NCBI RefSeq assembly: GCF_001447785.1
Contig: NW_015165859.1
Span: forward strand, 328,664 to 392,663
Direction of reading: 5' to 3'
DNA length: 64,000 nt
DNA from: Gekko japonicus
Taxonomy: Eukaryota
Shown here: piece after piece, positions 1-12,979 of the stretch
How the letters are laid out: each line of letters begins with the position of its first letter
How positions within the stretch are numbered: the first letter of the stretch is position 1
Position numbers and translations under genes: made by a program
The notes under the pieces: model-generated
What the model saw: the letters and a program-made list of their open reading frames with translations, nothing else
What the model was told of the DNA's origin: nothing
The model's database searches: none

Positions 1-359
1 CAGCGCTTACCATCCCGAGACCGATGGCCAAACGGAACGGGTTAATCAGACTTTGGAGCAATACCTACGCTGTTTTACTAATTATCAGCAATCTGATTGG
101 TGTGATTTGTTACCTTTGGCTGAGTATTGTTATAATAACACTTTTCACAATTCGGTTGGAATGTCCCCTTTTAAGGCAAAGCAGCGCTTACCATCCCGAG
201 ACCGATGGCCAAACGGAACAGGTTAATCAGACTTTGGAACAATACCTACGCTGTTTTACTAATTATCAGCAATCTGATTGGTGTGATTTGTTACCTTTGG
301 CTGAGTATTGTTATAATAACACTTTTCACAATTCGGTTGGAATGTCCCCTTTTAAGGCA
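1..359 (+). repeat. Tandem duplication of integrase sequence, period 181 bp
   Basis: cagcgcttaccatcccgagacc starts at 1 and again at 182; the copies differ at about 2 positions. Confidence 0.9.
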
Positions 360-1050
360 GTGTTTGGATATGATAGCCCCCCTCTCCCTTTTTTGGTAGG
401 GGACTCTCGTATTCAACCTACCGACACGGGTTCCTGGTGTGAATCTTTACGTGAAGCATGGCCTTTGTTATGCCAGACGTTGGACTCTGCGAAAAATAAA
501 TACAAAACTCAGGCTGACAAAAGCCGATCCAGGGAATGGGATCTACATCCTGGTGACTATGTCTATGTCTCCACAAAAAACATTAAACTGTTACGTCCCA
601 GTAAAAAGTTGGGTTGGAAATATATTGGGCCTTTCAGAGTCCGCAGAATCTTGAATGATGTTGCTGTTGATGTTGACTTGCCAAAGAACCTTAAGTCATT
701 GCATTCTGTGTTTCACTTCAGTCTCTTAAAAAAGGATACTGGCCAATGTAAATGGCGGGACACACATGTTCAGGCCCCCCCCATCCTCATTGAGGGGCAA
801 GAACATTTTGAAATTTCGGCCATCTTGGATTCCAAGTATAAATGTGGTAAACTTTGGTATCTTGTGGAATGGGTTGATTTCGGACCCCAGCACCGGGGAT
901 GGGTGGAAGAAGGGGATATTCGGGCCCCTTATCTTGTTCGTACATTTCACAAGCCGTTCCCGGACAAACCGGGAGGCCTCCCGGGGAACCCGGGAGATCT
1001 CCCGCCGGGGCCGGGAGGGGGGGGTAAGTTGTATTTTCAGGTGGGCAGTA
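1..1050 (+). mobile_element. Ty3/Gypsy chromovirus-type element, 3' part of pol: integrase core C-terminal half, GPY/F module and chromodomain
   Basis: ORF 24..1130 contains [25 protein letters not shown] (integrase core), YIGPFRV (GPY/F) and FEISAILDSKYKCGKLWYLVEWVDFGPQHRGWVEE (chromodomain); a purine-rich stretch precedes the LTR. Confidence 0.92.
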
Positions 1051-1277
1051 TGTCAGCGTTGCTGTTCTCAGGCCGCTTCGCGCCTTTTCTAATTTGTAAC
1101 CTAACGAGGGAAATGAGCTCATTGGTCTAAACCTTGTTTGAAGTTCCTTTAATACACCTTCCCTGGTTATTGTAGTTATTCCTAACAATCTCTGTATGTT
1201 CATGATCAACCATGCTTTGGAAATAAATCTTGCTTCTTTTTGAACGTGGATCTATTCTCCTGATTTGGGATCTAACA
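1051..1277 (+). repeat. 3' LTR of the chromovirus element
   Basis: Begins TGTCAG and ends CTAACA (imperfect terminal inverted repeat); AATAAA at about 1222; follows pol. Confidence 0.65.
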
Positions 1278-1654
1278 CCTGATAGCAACCCTCTGAGAGT
1301 GTCCTTGGAGGAATGAGGAAAACCAACTAAGGACAGCACCCCTCACTCCAAGGCAGTCAATCAGTTAAATCAGAGGTGTCGAACTCATTTGCTACAAGGG
1401 CCGGATCTGACATAAGTGTCACTTTGTTGTTCTGGGCCATGCATGCCATAATATGTAACATGAGGTACCAGAGATATGTACTTTATAAAGGTGATTTCAG
1501 ATGTTGAATGGCAATAGCAGGGGAATAACAATAGCAGGCTTGATTGGATTAGGTGTGATATGCAGATGGGTAGTAGGTGTGGAGATACCAGCTTTGGTAA
1601 TGAGACAGGAAGCCTAAGTCTCAATTCCTTCCAGGAGGATTCAATCCAGGAGGA

Positions 1655-1856
1655 CGCAAAAAATAAATGGACATACGTCTGACATTAGAAACCAGAACAT
1701 TCAGTTGCTGCCCTAAGAGTAGCGGTCCTCTTAGAAAGGGATTTCAGAGGGAGATTAGAAAGAGAGCCTGCTGAATTGCAATTGATAATGAAGCTCAAGA
1801 AAATGCATCCTCCTGGACTGAATTGAGATCTAGTTTTCCTGTCTCATTACCAATGT
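1655..1856 (+). mobile_element. Penelope-like element, GIY-YIG endonuclease C-terminal remnant
   Basis: Degenerate translation KINGHTSDIRN...LRVAVLLERDFRGRLEREPAELQLIMKLKKMHPPGLN*DL..LSHYQC resembles the ends of vertebrate Penelope elements. Confidence 0.65.
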
Positions 1857-1857
1857 G

Positions 1858-2250
1858 CAGGGCTTTTTTTCTGGGGGAATGCATTGGAATGGAGTTCCGA
1901 AAACTCTTCAACAAAATTCTTTTTTTTCAAAAGCCCGGGCGCCTAGCAACCGGAAGTGGCGCTGCAACTTCGGACTGCTCCGGGAACGGCTCCCGTGTAG
2001 CAGCTGAATCGCCGGTCTTTTTAGGGAGGTCCGGGACTGCCTGGACCCATTGAGCTTTCCTGTAGGGGAGCTCAAGCAGGGGGGCTTAAACTGGGCACTC
2101 CCGTTTGCAGCAGCAGGCGGGTAGACCCCAGATCGCCCCAATGCAAAAGACCTGGTGAGCGCATCTAATGGCAGCCATTAGTGCACAGCCGTGCACACCG
2201 GGACGATCAGGAGACCTGATACTCCGTACAACTTGAAAAAGAAAAGGTCT
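1858..2250. mobile_element. Probable hAT-type non-autonomous element (CAGGGCTTTTTT end)
   Basis: Starts CAGGGCTTTTTTT and ends AAAAAGAAAAGGTCT; GC-rich core; no clean TSD. Confidence 0.4.
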
Positions 2251-2268
2251 TCGTACTGTGAGTAAAGG

Positions 2269-2618
2269 TAAAGGTAAAGGTTCCCTTGCTCGAAAGCCAG
2301 TCGAATCCGACTCTAGGGTTGCGGTGCTCATCTCCATGTCAAAGCCAAAGAGCCAGCGCTGTCCAAAGACGTTTCCGTGGTCATGTGGCCGGCATGACTA
2401 AACACCAAGGTGCACAGAACGCTGTTACCTTCCCACCGAAGTGGTCCCTATTTATCTACTTGCAATTTCTTGCTTTCGAACTGCTAGGTTGGCAGGAGCT
2501 GGAACTAGAGACAGGAGCTCACCCTGTCTTGCGGCACCCGGGTCTTGAACTGCTGAACTACTGACCTTCCACAGCCTGCAGTTCAGCGTCTTAACCACTT
2601 GAGCCACCGCAGCTCCGC
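2269..2618 (-). mobile_element. Sauria SINE, full length
   Basis: tRNA-derived head GGAGCTGCGGTGGCTCAAGTGGTTAAG on minus, (ACCTTT)n tail, 14-bp TSD ACTGTGAGTAAAGG at 2255-2268 and 2619-2632. Confidence 0.92.
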
Positions 2619-2649
2619 ACTGTGAGTAAAGGAGAGCACAATATCTGAA

Positions 2650-3798
2650 AAGCCATTGTGGGTTGAAAGCGCCTTTAAACTTTAAAACCCTGACTAGAAG
2701 AAAAAGAAGAGGTGGATATTCCACCCCTCCTTTCTTTTAGCAGCTTGGGAAAGTGTGGAACAGTGAGACAGAAAATATTTGGCGCTATAAAGAGACTTGG
2801 TTGATACTTGACAACAAACTCTTTAATAGAATACATTAAAACATTGACCACAGTTTGGATTATAACAATTATAAATAACTTCAAAAAGTGAACCCTTTTT
2901 GTTTTCCTTGGTTGGCATGGACTAGTATATTTGATATAAGAACTCCTACTTCCTTCCTCTTCTCCCTAGTTTGGGTGGGGTTTTTTTGTTTTGTTTTATT
3001 TTTTGGTTTTATTTTGGATTTCTTTTCTCAAGAATTTCTATTAGATTGCATTTCTACAATATTTACTGTATTTGGATTTTATTCTCTTTCCTTTTGTAAC
3101 TTGGATACCTGGGATTTATCCGTTTGAATTACAATTAAGAATTTCTTCTCTGATATTTTGGATTTATAAGTGTTTTTTTCCTTTTCTTGTGGAATACTTG
3201 GAGTTATTGCTATCTTGTGAAGATTTTCTATTGGATAACAAAGATGGCTATTCTTCACAAGTGGATTACAAATGGAGACATTTAAGCCCCACTGGAAGAA
3301 AGAAGAAAGTGGACAGTACTCTTAGAACATTGTTTCCGAGGGACTTGGTATTGTTTGGTCTATTCAGATAGTAACCACAAAATATAAAGTGTTCCTTTAG
3401 TAATGTAAATAACTTCATAAGGTGTTTTTTATTGCATAGTCTGGGAAAGGTTATTGTATTACTGTGACAGGGAGTGTAAACAAAATACGGGCTTTGTTTT
3501 TGAAAGGGAGGAGTGAGTGATTCTTTGTTCTTAATAGAAGGTTTAAAATATGGCTAGTGGCATGAGGAAAGGTCCTGGAGGACCACCTCCAGGACAAATG
3601 AAATTTGTGGCCACCAATTTAGCTCAAATTTCAATAAAGGACTTACAAAGCCTGATTCAGGAGGTGGTAGCTGCAGCTGTGGATCCTATTCAAGTAAAAC
3701 TAGATTCACTTGCCCAGCAAGTTACTACGCAAACTAAAGAGATTAAGAAACAGATTGCAGGGAACTTCTGGTGGCAGGAAAACAGAATGGCAGCTTGA
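2650..3798 (+). mobile_element. L1-like 5'UTR and ORF1 N-terminal remnant, truncated
   Basis: ORF 3550..3798 is coiled-coil-like (SIKDLQSLIQEVV...LDSLAQQV) and resembles the ORF1 remnant at about 56135. Confidence 0.5.
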
Positions 3799-3799
3799 G

Positions 3800-6700
3800 C
3801 CTCTCGCTCTGCTCACCCTGATCCGCACCTAGCCCCCCAAATCGATCATACTTGAGTCTTCAACTCCTAATTTATGGGGATAGAAACCGGAGAAATTCAA
3901 CATCCGTATCAGAAAAAACAAAAGAAACTGCAACTCTTAGATTTGAAGCTACAGACAGAATTGTCTAACAGCCCTCAAGCAACACCGAACGACAAAATGG
4001 CGTCGGGCATCAACGCAGCTGCCAAAGATTTGTCATCTATAACAGCCACAGACTTATCAAATGCGCTTATAAACATGGAAAAAACATTATTTGAACACGT
4101 CACCGGGATGTTTAAACCTCTTTATGAGAAATTTGTAGTTATGCAAAACAATCTGTCTGACACACGGAACATGGCTGAAGGAGCATTACAGAGAAGTATA
4201 CACAACCAAAACGAAATCCAACAGATCCAAAGACTGAAGAACTTCTAGCAGAAAAATCTTTACGTCTCGACTTAACAATGTGACAAAACAATCTCAAATT
4301 ACATGGACTAGGAGAAAAAAAATTTTTAAATGGCAATCTCGCCAACCATATTTCGGCATGGCTATCTCAAAACATTAAAATGGAGGGAGAGTACTCTAAA
4401 GCCATCACTAAAGCATTCCGCTTGGGTCCCACGGCTCCCACGGCTCTCCTCTGAAATTCTAATCACCCTCCTGGACGCTAAATATAGGAAAGCTATCTTG
4501 GCTGATGCTAGAAAGAAGGGCCATATACTTTACCAAGGAGAAAAAATAGAAATCTTCCCCGACTTGCCACGCGAAGCAATGCTCAAACGTTGAGAACTGA
4601 AGCCAATTACAAGTTGCTTAATCGAAGCAGACATCAGGTATTCATGGGTGACCCCGTTAGTACTACAATTATCCTACCGGGGGAAACAGCATAAGTTTTT
4701 GACACTCGAGGAGGGCTACAAGGTACTGAGAATGCTGAATTTAGAAATCCCTATGGAGCTCACCAGACGACAAAATAAATGGCGCCACTCCTCTTCTTCA
4801 TCATCTCCGCCACCAGTTCCATCACCAAGAGGCTTCTCTTCTTCGGAGGGATAAGTAGACACACACAGACAATGTTTTGTTTCTATACCCGTTATTACTG
4901 TAAGTAGCTTAAAATGCTGTTATACGTGTACAAGCCTGATACGCCCGACTCATTGATTACACCAAGGCAGTTAAAACAATTCTGATCAGGTTGCATTACC
5001 AGTTTGTAATCAACACAATGCCCACTCTGTACACTACAGTTTATTTTAAAATGTTCTTATTGTTCCAGTTTCGTCTAATTTCACTTGTTGCTTACTGTTG
5101 ATGCACTTTGTATGCTTTATATTCTACTATTGGGGGTGGGGGGGAAGGGGGGGCTTTTTCAGTATTTTAATTTGCGTTGTGCTCGTTAGATAGGATAGAC
5201 TCGCTCACTCTCTAATCCTGAATACTGGGTGGTGTAGTGATCAAGAGATCAACTCAGCATCCCGTCTATTGCTTTATAGACGGGAGATCTGAGAGTGAAG
5301 CTTATGGGAGACAGAGCTGAATAGCGGTAACTCCTATTTATAGTTTAACGTCTCCACATTCAGCATTGTACTTAGATTTTCTTTAACCTGTTAAAACTTA
5401 CACAAGGATCTTCCTCAATTGCACATTATTTGACTTGCATAGTTACAATTTAGAATAACCTGTTGACTGTATTACTGACAAAAATAAACATATTGTTCTT
5501 TTTTATAAAATAAAAAGTAATAATCTACAGCCAGTTTACATGTCCCACTGCTTGATCTATATATATTTATCAGTAACAGCTTGAGTCACAAGTGCTGTAT
5601 TGTTAACACATACTTTAACAATTTGTCCCACTACAATTTTGGCACGTAGTGACCCACAGTAATACCTTTGAATTAATTATATTATCTCCCAAATTTATCA
5701 CCTTTTGGCATTTATAAAGTGCTAAGTGCCTTAATCATCTGCTTAATCAATTTATCTACTGCTGATTATATAATTTAAAAAATATATTAACTTCCTAACC
5801 TATTTTACTGTTTTTAAATATAAAAGGGAATTAATCAACTATCCTCTTTTACTCACCTAATCAATTTTCTATGTGATTATAACATTTTATTATCTTTAAG
5901 GATTGGGTGATTCAACGTAATACCTCAGGAATTCTAATATTGCTGTATGTACTGATTAGACTTTATTGCTTAGGGACACGGCCTAATCTTATTAACTTAT
6001 TATTTTTTCCATCTAAACTTTCACTGTGCTCAATAGTGTATTAGCAGGCCACAATTTATTGGGACTTTATCCTATTTTAGGTCAATTCTCACTACTTCCA
6101 CTCATAAGTTCTGCTGTATTGTATTTCTAGCAGCTTTAATAATTAATACTTACCTAATTCAACAAAACCTCCAGATCACCTTAAACCACATTAAGGAACC
6201 ACTTACGCTTTACAATTAATACCAAGGGGATTGGCTTTGTATATCCTCACTCTTGAGGCCCATTTAACACTAACACTCTCTGATTCTCTTGCAGCATCCC
6301 GGTACTATATCCTAACAGCATCTTTATATTTCCTAAAGCTTCATTACAATGCAAGCTAATATACGGGTCATTTCATCAAATGTCCGTGGGTTGAACAACC
6401 CCATTAAAAGACACAGAATTTTGAACAATTTGTTAAAACTGAATCCAAGCATAATTATGCTGCAGGAGACTGATCTAAAGAAAGATGAACAATTTGTATT
6501 TCAATCAAGAAAATTTCAAACCCAATACATGGCCCCTGGATCATCAAAATCTAGAGGGGTAGCCATCCTTCTTGCCCAAAATTTACGTTTTACATTGAGT
6601 GCCCAAAAGAAAGATACACTAGGCAGGTTTTTATTTTTAAAAGGGCAATTGGACAATAGACTGGTAACAATAGCCACTTTATATGCTCCGAACAGTGGAC

Positions 6701-7240
6701 AACTAGACTTCCTTTCAGGTGTATTAAACGAGCTAAAACACTTTGCCGAAGGAGACATCATTCTCGGGGGGGGGGGACTTTAACATGATAACAGATACAC
6801 ACATGGACAAATTGTACCACTCTCAATCCACATTGAAACCCAAAAAACGATATACTAAACTGGACGATCTTTTGAAACAACATGATTTAATTGACATTTG
6901 GCGTTTGACGCATATGGGAGAGAAATATTACACATACTTTTCTTCTCATTACAATGTACACACCCGTATAGATCTCATACTCTTAACTCCATCATTAATA
7001 CATGATGTAGTTTCCACCAATATAGAACCATCACGTTGATCCGACCACGCTTGGTTGGAATGTAATCTGTCCCCATTTGACCAAAGCACTCCACACAAAC
7101 AGTGGACACTGAACTCCTCTCTGTTGAACAATCAGATCTTCAGAGAGGAAACTGTGAAAGAACTGGACAAATACTTTGAAACTAACACTCAGGACGAAGT
7201 CACTAATGGTTTGGGATACCATGAAACCGGTAATGTGGGG
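3800..7240 (+). mobile_element. Decayed L1 LINE: ORF1, ~1.5 kb inter-ORF spacer, ORF2 endonuclease; 3'-truncated
   Basis: ORF1 fragments 3874-4854 (coiled coil; YQGEKIEIFPDL); APE endonuclease from 6349 (SSNVRGLNNPIKR, LQETDL, LYAPN, GGDFN, DIWR, TRIDL, SDH) with a frameshift and stops. Confidence 0.9.
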
Positions 7241-7260
7241 GATTACCATTTCAAAGTCCT

Positions 7261-8145
7261 CTACCAGGGATTGAATGCAGTGTCTTCGACCAATGCTTAT
7301 CCCATGCCTTTGATCAAAGATCTACTGGCTGAAGTGGCAAAAAGGGAAAATTTTCTTGAAGTTGGATCTCTGCGACGCTTACTTTCAGGTTCGCATCAGG
7401 GAGGGGGACGAACACAAGACTGCCTTTAATACGCCCCTGGGTCAGTTTGAGTACCGTGTGATGCCGTTCAGTCTTCAGGGGGCGCTGGGGGTCTTCATGA
7501 ATCTGATCAATGAGGTGTTGCACAAGCACCTGTTCAAGGGGGCGCTTGTTTACCGAGATGATATTTTGCTGTACTCCCCCAACCTACCTTCCCATGTGAA
7601 ATTGGTGAGGGAAGTTCTGACCACGTCGCACAAGATCTCTGACAAGGGCTTGGAGATGGACCCGGGGAAAGTACGGGATGTGTTGGGCTGGGGAGTCCTT
7701 CGCACCAGGTGCCAGTTACAATCCTTCCTCGGGTTCGCGAACTTTTACAGAAATTTCCTGCCCAACTTTGCCCAGGTCAGTTTGCCACTGACCGACTTGT
7801 TGAAAACTAAGGGAAAGGGGCTGGAAGCAACCAAGCCAGGGGCAGCATTGGCTTGGAGTCGGGAGTGCCAGGAGGCTTTTGAATGCCTCATGACTTTGTT
7901 CACCTCAGAACCAGTCTTAGCTCACTCGGATGAAATGAAAAAGTTTATTGTTCAAACTGACGAGTTCGATGTGGCCATGGGGGGGGCATTCTCCAAGAAG
8001 GGGAGGATGGGTTACTGCACCCCTTGGCATACGTGTCAAGGAAGTTTAATGCCACGGAACGCAATTGGTCAGTTGGGGAGAAGGAGGCAGGGGCCATAGA
8101 ACTCGCCCTGGCCACCTGGAGACACTGGTTGGAGGGAGCGAGAGT
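7261..8145 (+). mobile_element. Ty3/Gypsy RT-RNase H fragment, decayed
   Basis: YQGLNAV..YPMPLI, KLDLCDAYFQVRI, KTAFNTPLGQFEYRVMPF, VYRDDILLYS, QSFLGFANFYR, AYVSRKFNATERNW. Confidence 0.9.
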
Positions 8146-8816
8146 TGCTGTATACCTTAAGAATCCAAAAAGCAAAAAGTTAAAACGGAGGTCGCTGTTA
8201 TGCAAGGCATGGTGGCCATGCCTTGCTCCGCCTGTTCCTGCAGCTTCAGGGCAGTAATCGCCACACCTCCACATTTGCCATATGCGGGGGGGAGAAACAA
8301 GCCCCCTGCAACTCATTCCCCCTCCAGGGGAACAAGCGGAGCCCACCCCAAATTCGAGGGGCTCCAAAAGAGCAGAGGAGAAGAGTGCAGCTCTGGAGCG
8401 ATCCGAAAAGCTGCACCGCATCACAGCGCCATTACCGCAGCACAGAGATCTCTTGAAAGCTCGCTCACTCACAACTTTAATATCAGTAGCTCACAGAGTA
8501 GAATTTTTGCTCACAAGTCTCCACAGCTTAGAGGGAGCATTGATGGCCACCACCCCGCCAGTCCTTATGAGGAAATGGCCTGACCATGACCACTTTGCCC
8601 ATGGTCCCCCATGGTCCCAGGTAAGTCTTTTAGTATATGTGCTACAGAAGCGAGCGCATCCCAGTTGAATCGAGCGTGGGTCTTCTGGAGCATTTCTTTG
8701 CTTAATAAAGGAGATGAAGCTAAGCACAGAAGTGTCTATTTGATGTGCCACACTCACAGTACAATACCTCCCAGACCCCAAAAGGACCAGGGTCCCTTTG
8801 CAGCACTAGGGCTTAC

Positions 8817-8907
8817 CTTGGAAGCTAACTTCCGTATTGTCCTGGGTTTAGGGGATTCTGTAGAATGTGTCACACACACTGAGCTCTCCACCTCCTCCAC
8901 TCTTGCC
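8817..8907 (-). CDS. Candidate coding exon (91 nt, phase 2 to 0) of an unidentified gene; ARVEEVESSVCVTHSTESPKPRTIRKLASK
   Basis: Acceptor ccttctcgttctttcattgcag, donor AAG|gtaagc, open frame, phase matches exon 11267-11060; no repeat recognised at this position. Confidence 0.6.
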
Positions 8908-9038
8908 CTGCAATGAAAGAACGAGAAGGAAGACTAGACACAAAGTCACAAGTTTCTCCTAACCAAACAAACTCGGTCCTGGTTCACAGATGCAGAAGAA
9001 TGAGGAAGGAATGGACTGCAGCACTTCAGGAGGTTCCA

Positions 9039-9256
9039 TAGAATTGCCAGCTTCTGGGTGGGGCCTGGAGTTCTCCTGGAATTACAACTGATATCCGAAA
9101 AACAAAGACTGTTCCCCTAGAGAAAACGGCTGTTTTGGAGGGTAGAATCTATGGCATCAAATCTCTGCTAAGTTCCCTTCCATCTCCAAACTTCTCCCTC
9201 CCCAGGTCCCATCCCCAAATCTTCAGGAATTTCCCAATGTGGAGCAGACAAGTCTA
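9039..9256 (+). mobile_element. Diverged hAT (TAGGGTTGCCA-TIR family) MITE
   Basis: Similar to the copy at 60166-60384; degenerate TIRs. Confidence 0.6.
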
Positions 9257-10329
9257 AGACCAGGTTTTGCACATTCTGTTGCCTCCCCCGCCCAATGCTT
9301 CCTGTGACTAGAAAAGTAGCAGAATGCTCATACCCCCTGCTTGCTGAGCAAGTTTACATGCATTTTTTTAACACACATGACAGCATTCAAAATGTTCTGA
9401 TCCCCAACTCTTCCATGTGTGAACCAGGCTTTAGTTCAGGGGTCCCCAACATGGTGTCACAGGTGCTATGAAGCCAGCTGACATCATTCCGGATGCCCAC
9501 CAGGTATTTTTAGAAAGTGGGTGGGGCCAGGTGGAGCATTTGCCTCACAGGACTCCTGATTGGGGGGGGGGGGCAAGTATGTCAAACTCAGAGTTTCGTT
9601 TGCCATTATATTCTTTGTTCTCGGGTTCAGGGATGCTTTGTATGACCCGAAGGAGGGGGAGGGGCATGTGTCTGAGTGAATGTGTGGGAATGTGCTTTGC
9701 TAGATGCCTGTAACGTTTTTCTAAGGAGCCTCCCAAGAAAGGAAGAGAAATGTGTCCTTGAAGCCTTTACTGCCAGGAGCGCTGTCATAGATAAAGTAGT
9801 GTGAATTCACAGGTGGGAGGAGGGATGAACACACAATGGCTTGGAGGGACGAATGACTGGGATGATTGGAAGGGGCACTGGAAATGATCTATGTCACTTC
9901 TGGTTTTCAGGGGAAGTCACATCAGCACACTGTCATGATGCTAGCATGGCAGTCCCTGCCCCCAAAATGCTCCCAGGGGTCACCAGCTGGGGCCAGGGAG
10001 TCCTACCCCAGGCCTCCTACCTGCCTCCTCATCAGACAGTCCAGAGTGGCAAGCTGCCAGCTAAGCCCATCTCAGCCTTGGCTTTGTTTAGCTCAGTACT
10101 GGAAAACAAGCGCCTCCCTACAAAGACAGAGGGCATTTCTCCCCCCTCTAAGCCATGTCCATCTGCATCTGGACTGTAATTCATAGGTGTGGAAGCCAAT
10201 CGGTCCTTCTCAATACCATAAGACTCCATTGAACAGGACTGTCAATCATTCTTCTTTGCCAGGGAAGACATAAGAAAAAGATAAAAATGACTAAACAGGG
10301 AATCTTGGCTAGAGAAATTTGATGGCTGT

Positions 10330-11033
10330 TAAGAGTTGCCAACTCCAGCTTGGGAAATTCCTGGAGAAATGGGAGTGGTGCCAGGGAAAGATGGAGTCTG
10401 GGAAGGGGAGGGAGCTCACAGGAGATGTGGTGTCTCTATAGGACCTCTTTCTACTAGACTATATGGTATACAATAGAGTCTGTCCTCAGAAGCTGTCATT
10501 TCCTCCAGGGGAAGTAGGTTTGCCAACCTCCAGGTGGGGCCTGAAGCTCTCTCAGAATTACAGCCTATCTCCAGACTACAGAGGTCAGTTCGCTGGGAGA
10601 AAATGGTTGTTTTGGAGGGTGGACTCTGTCAGATTATACCATGTGGAGGCCCCTCCCCTATCCAAACCCTGCTGCCCTCCATAGGCTCCACCCTCCAAAT
10701 TTCAGGAATTTCTCAGCCCAAAAAGTAGTCAGCCCTCGGGGAAGTGACCTATGTAGCCTGGAGGCAAGCTGTAATTCCAGGAGAACTCTGGGCCCTACCC
10801 TGAAGGTCAGTAATCCTAAATGTTACTTCTGATGAAGGGAGCTGTGTAGAGTTGTGAATCTCCAGGTAGTGGCTGGAGATGTCCCAGGATTACAACTAAT
10901 CTCCAGGCAATGGAGATCAGTTCACCTGGAGAAAATAGCCGCTTTGGAAGGTGGACTCCCCAAACCCCACCCTCCTCAGGCCGCAGCACCAAAATCTCCA
11001 GGTATTTTCCCCAACCTGGAGCTGGCAGCCCTA
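10330..11033. mobile_element. Cluster of three TAGGGTTGCCA-family MITEs (10330-10818 with a nested opposite-orientation copy 10515-10735; 10847-11033)
   Basis: Shared internal sequence (ctccaggtggggcctg..., ggagaaaatgg..gctttggag) and degenerate TAGGGTTGCCA/TGGCAACCCTA ends. Confidence 0.6.
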
Positions 11034-11059
11034 GAACTTTGACTCTCCCAAGTTTATAC

Positions 11060-11267
11060 CTTGGGAATCTTGTTGGTCCTTCAGGTGTGACTGGACTCAA
11101 ATCGTGCTGTCCTGTGTGTGCTACTGCCTCTTTAAAGCTTCCATTTCCCCTTTTATTCGCATTCAGGCCTAATGAATCCAAGGTGTGTGTTTGTTTAACA
11201 CATGCCCATTTTTCATTCAACAAGTCCTGCCTTGCAAATGCTGCCCTTTGCAAATGGTGTCTGTTTT
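11060..11267 (-). CDS. Candidate coding exon (208 nt, phase 1 to 2) of the unidentified gene; NRHHLQRAAFARQDLLNEKWACVKQTHTLDSLGLNANKRGNGSFKEAVAHTGQHDLSPVTPEGPTRFP
   Basis: Acceptor ggctttctccctcttactaacag, donor AAG|gtataa, open frame (part of ORF 10816..11253), phases match both neighbouring candidate exons. Confidence 0.55.
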
Positions 11268-12979
11268 CTGTTAGTAAGAGGGAGAAAGCCAGCAGAACAG
11301 ATTCAAATGTTATGTCTCACACAATGACATTTTGCTGTTGCAGGCAACTACTCTCTTAGTGTGAGGGGGAAGCTATTGCCCTTCAGCCGTTCATCTGGCT
11401 CTGAGTAGGGTGTTTGAAGAAGTTCCTATAGTAACTCAGCTGCTGAACAGAAAGCTGAAGCTTCCCCTCTCCCCTCTCTTCAGGTATAAACTTCCTTTGC
11501 CCAAAGAAAACCAAACCTTTTTCAGTCTCCCTAAGCTTCTTGGAGGAAAACAGATGTGCACAGCCTGAGGACTTTTGCTGCACTCCACTCACCTGCCGTA
11601 TTGCTCCATCCCTTAGCTCCCAAAGGGTTACCAGACCTGTGCCTGATAATGCTGGGTGCTTGGGGGGGGGGGCACTGATGCGACAGTGTGATATCACATT
11701 GCTCTAGGATTCCGCAAAACTCTATTTTCCAACCAAATCCTAGAGCAGCATGACATCATTTTTTGGTTCGACCCAGAATGATGTTGCGCCATCATGTTGA
11801 CAGTGATTTTTCCTCCTTATTTCCCCCATACTGGCCTAGCAAGCACCAGTGGGGCTCAAGGGGTTTGCCAACAGGAGGTCTCCCACCATAGCACAAGACC
11901 TGGCAATCCTAGCTCCCAGAATCTGACACATAGGTTTTATTGTAAAATAGTCAAAAGTGTTTAATACTATCTTGCTCTATTGGAAAGAAGAGATTTCTTT
12001 GCTTTAAAAAACCTTTATTTCTAAGGTACACGGGATTACTACAAATAAACATAACACTAACAGCTACATTTTCTAAGCTGTCTATAGTCAAACACTAGCA
12101 CAGATAATGGAGAATCTGTCCTTCTTCTCAACCCCTAGAAAGGAAGTCACCTGAAAACAAACAGCCAATCTGTATCACAGTAGAAGCTATTTTTCCCGGG
12201 CTAATTCCCCATTGGCTTACTGCCAGGTATCCCTTCCAGGTCAGTCTAAACAATAGCAATACTAGGCAAACAAGTTAACCCTATAATGACTGGATTGTCA
12301 GACCTTGTAAACACATACATTTCCAACAGGTTTCAGGGTCTGAGCTTTGAGAAGCATGGAGATTGGAGTTACCAACCTCAAGGTGACCTCCAAACTACAG
12401 AGATGGAGGAAATGGCAGCTTTGGAGGGTGGAATCCATGATATAACATACCGTCTAGGAGAAAATGAAGTCCTCAGGTAACATCACATCCCAGCTGAGCT
12501 CCCTTCCTTCTAAAATTCTGCCTTCCTCAGATAGCATCCCCAAATCACAAAGTATTTCCCAAATCTGAGTTGGCAGTCCTTGTGGAGATCCCTTCTAGCA
12601 GGCCCTTGTTGTACAAATCCTGTAGATATAGCTGGTCTAATACACTCCAACAAGGTTCACTTTCACACATATTGGGAGTGACACAAGAGCCACTTCCACA
12701 GGATGCAACTATATACATTCTGTCAAGATGGTAAACAAAGGCCCCGGTCACACGGGGTCGCACGGCCAAAGCGCGGCTTTTCTGAGCCACATCATAATAG
12801 ACGTGTGGTGGCAGGATCAGACAGATCCCCGAGCTGCTGCGCAGTTGCTCCCTGGCACGATCAGATGCCGGGGGGGGGGGGGAGTCACGGAACGGAGAGC
12901 GAGGCAGCCAGCTGCGCATGTGCGCGCGTGCGCAGTTTGGCCAGGAGCCTCAAATGCTGCAGGAGACGGGCGTGCCGGT

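Noticed and set aside
10021-10229. Additional exon of the candidate gene (donor CAG|gtagga)
   Set aside because: No convincing acceptor and frame combination; the neighbouring exons already join in phase
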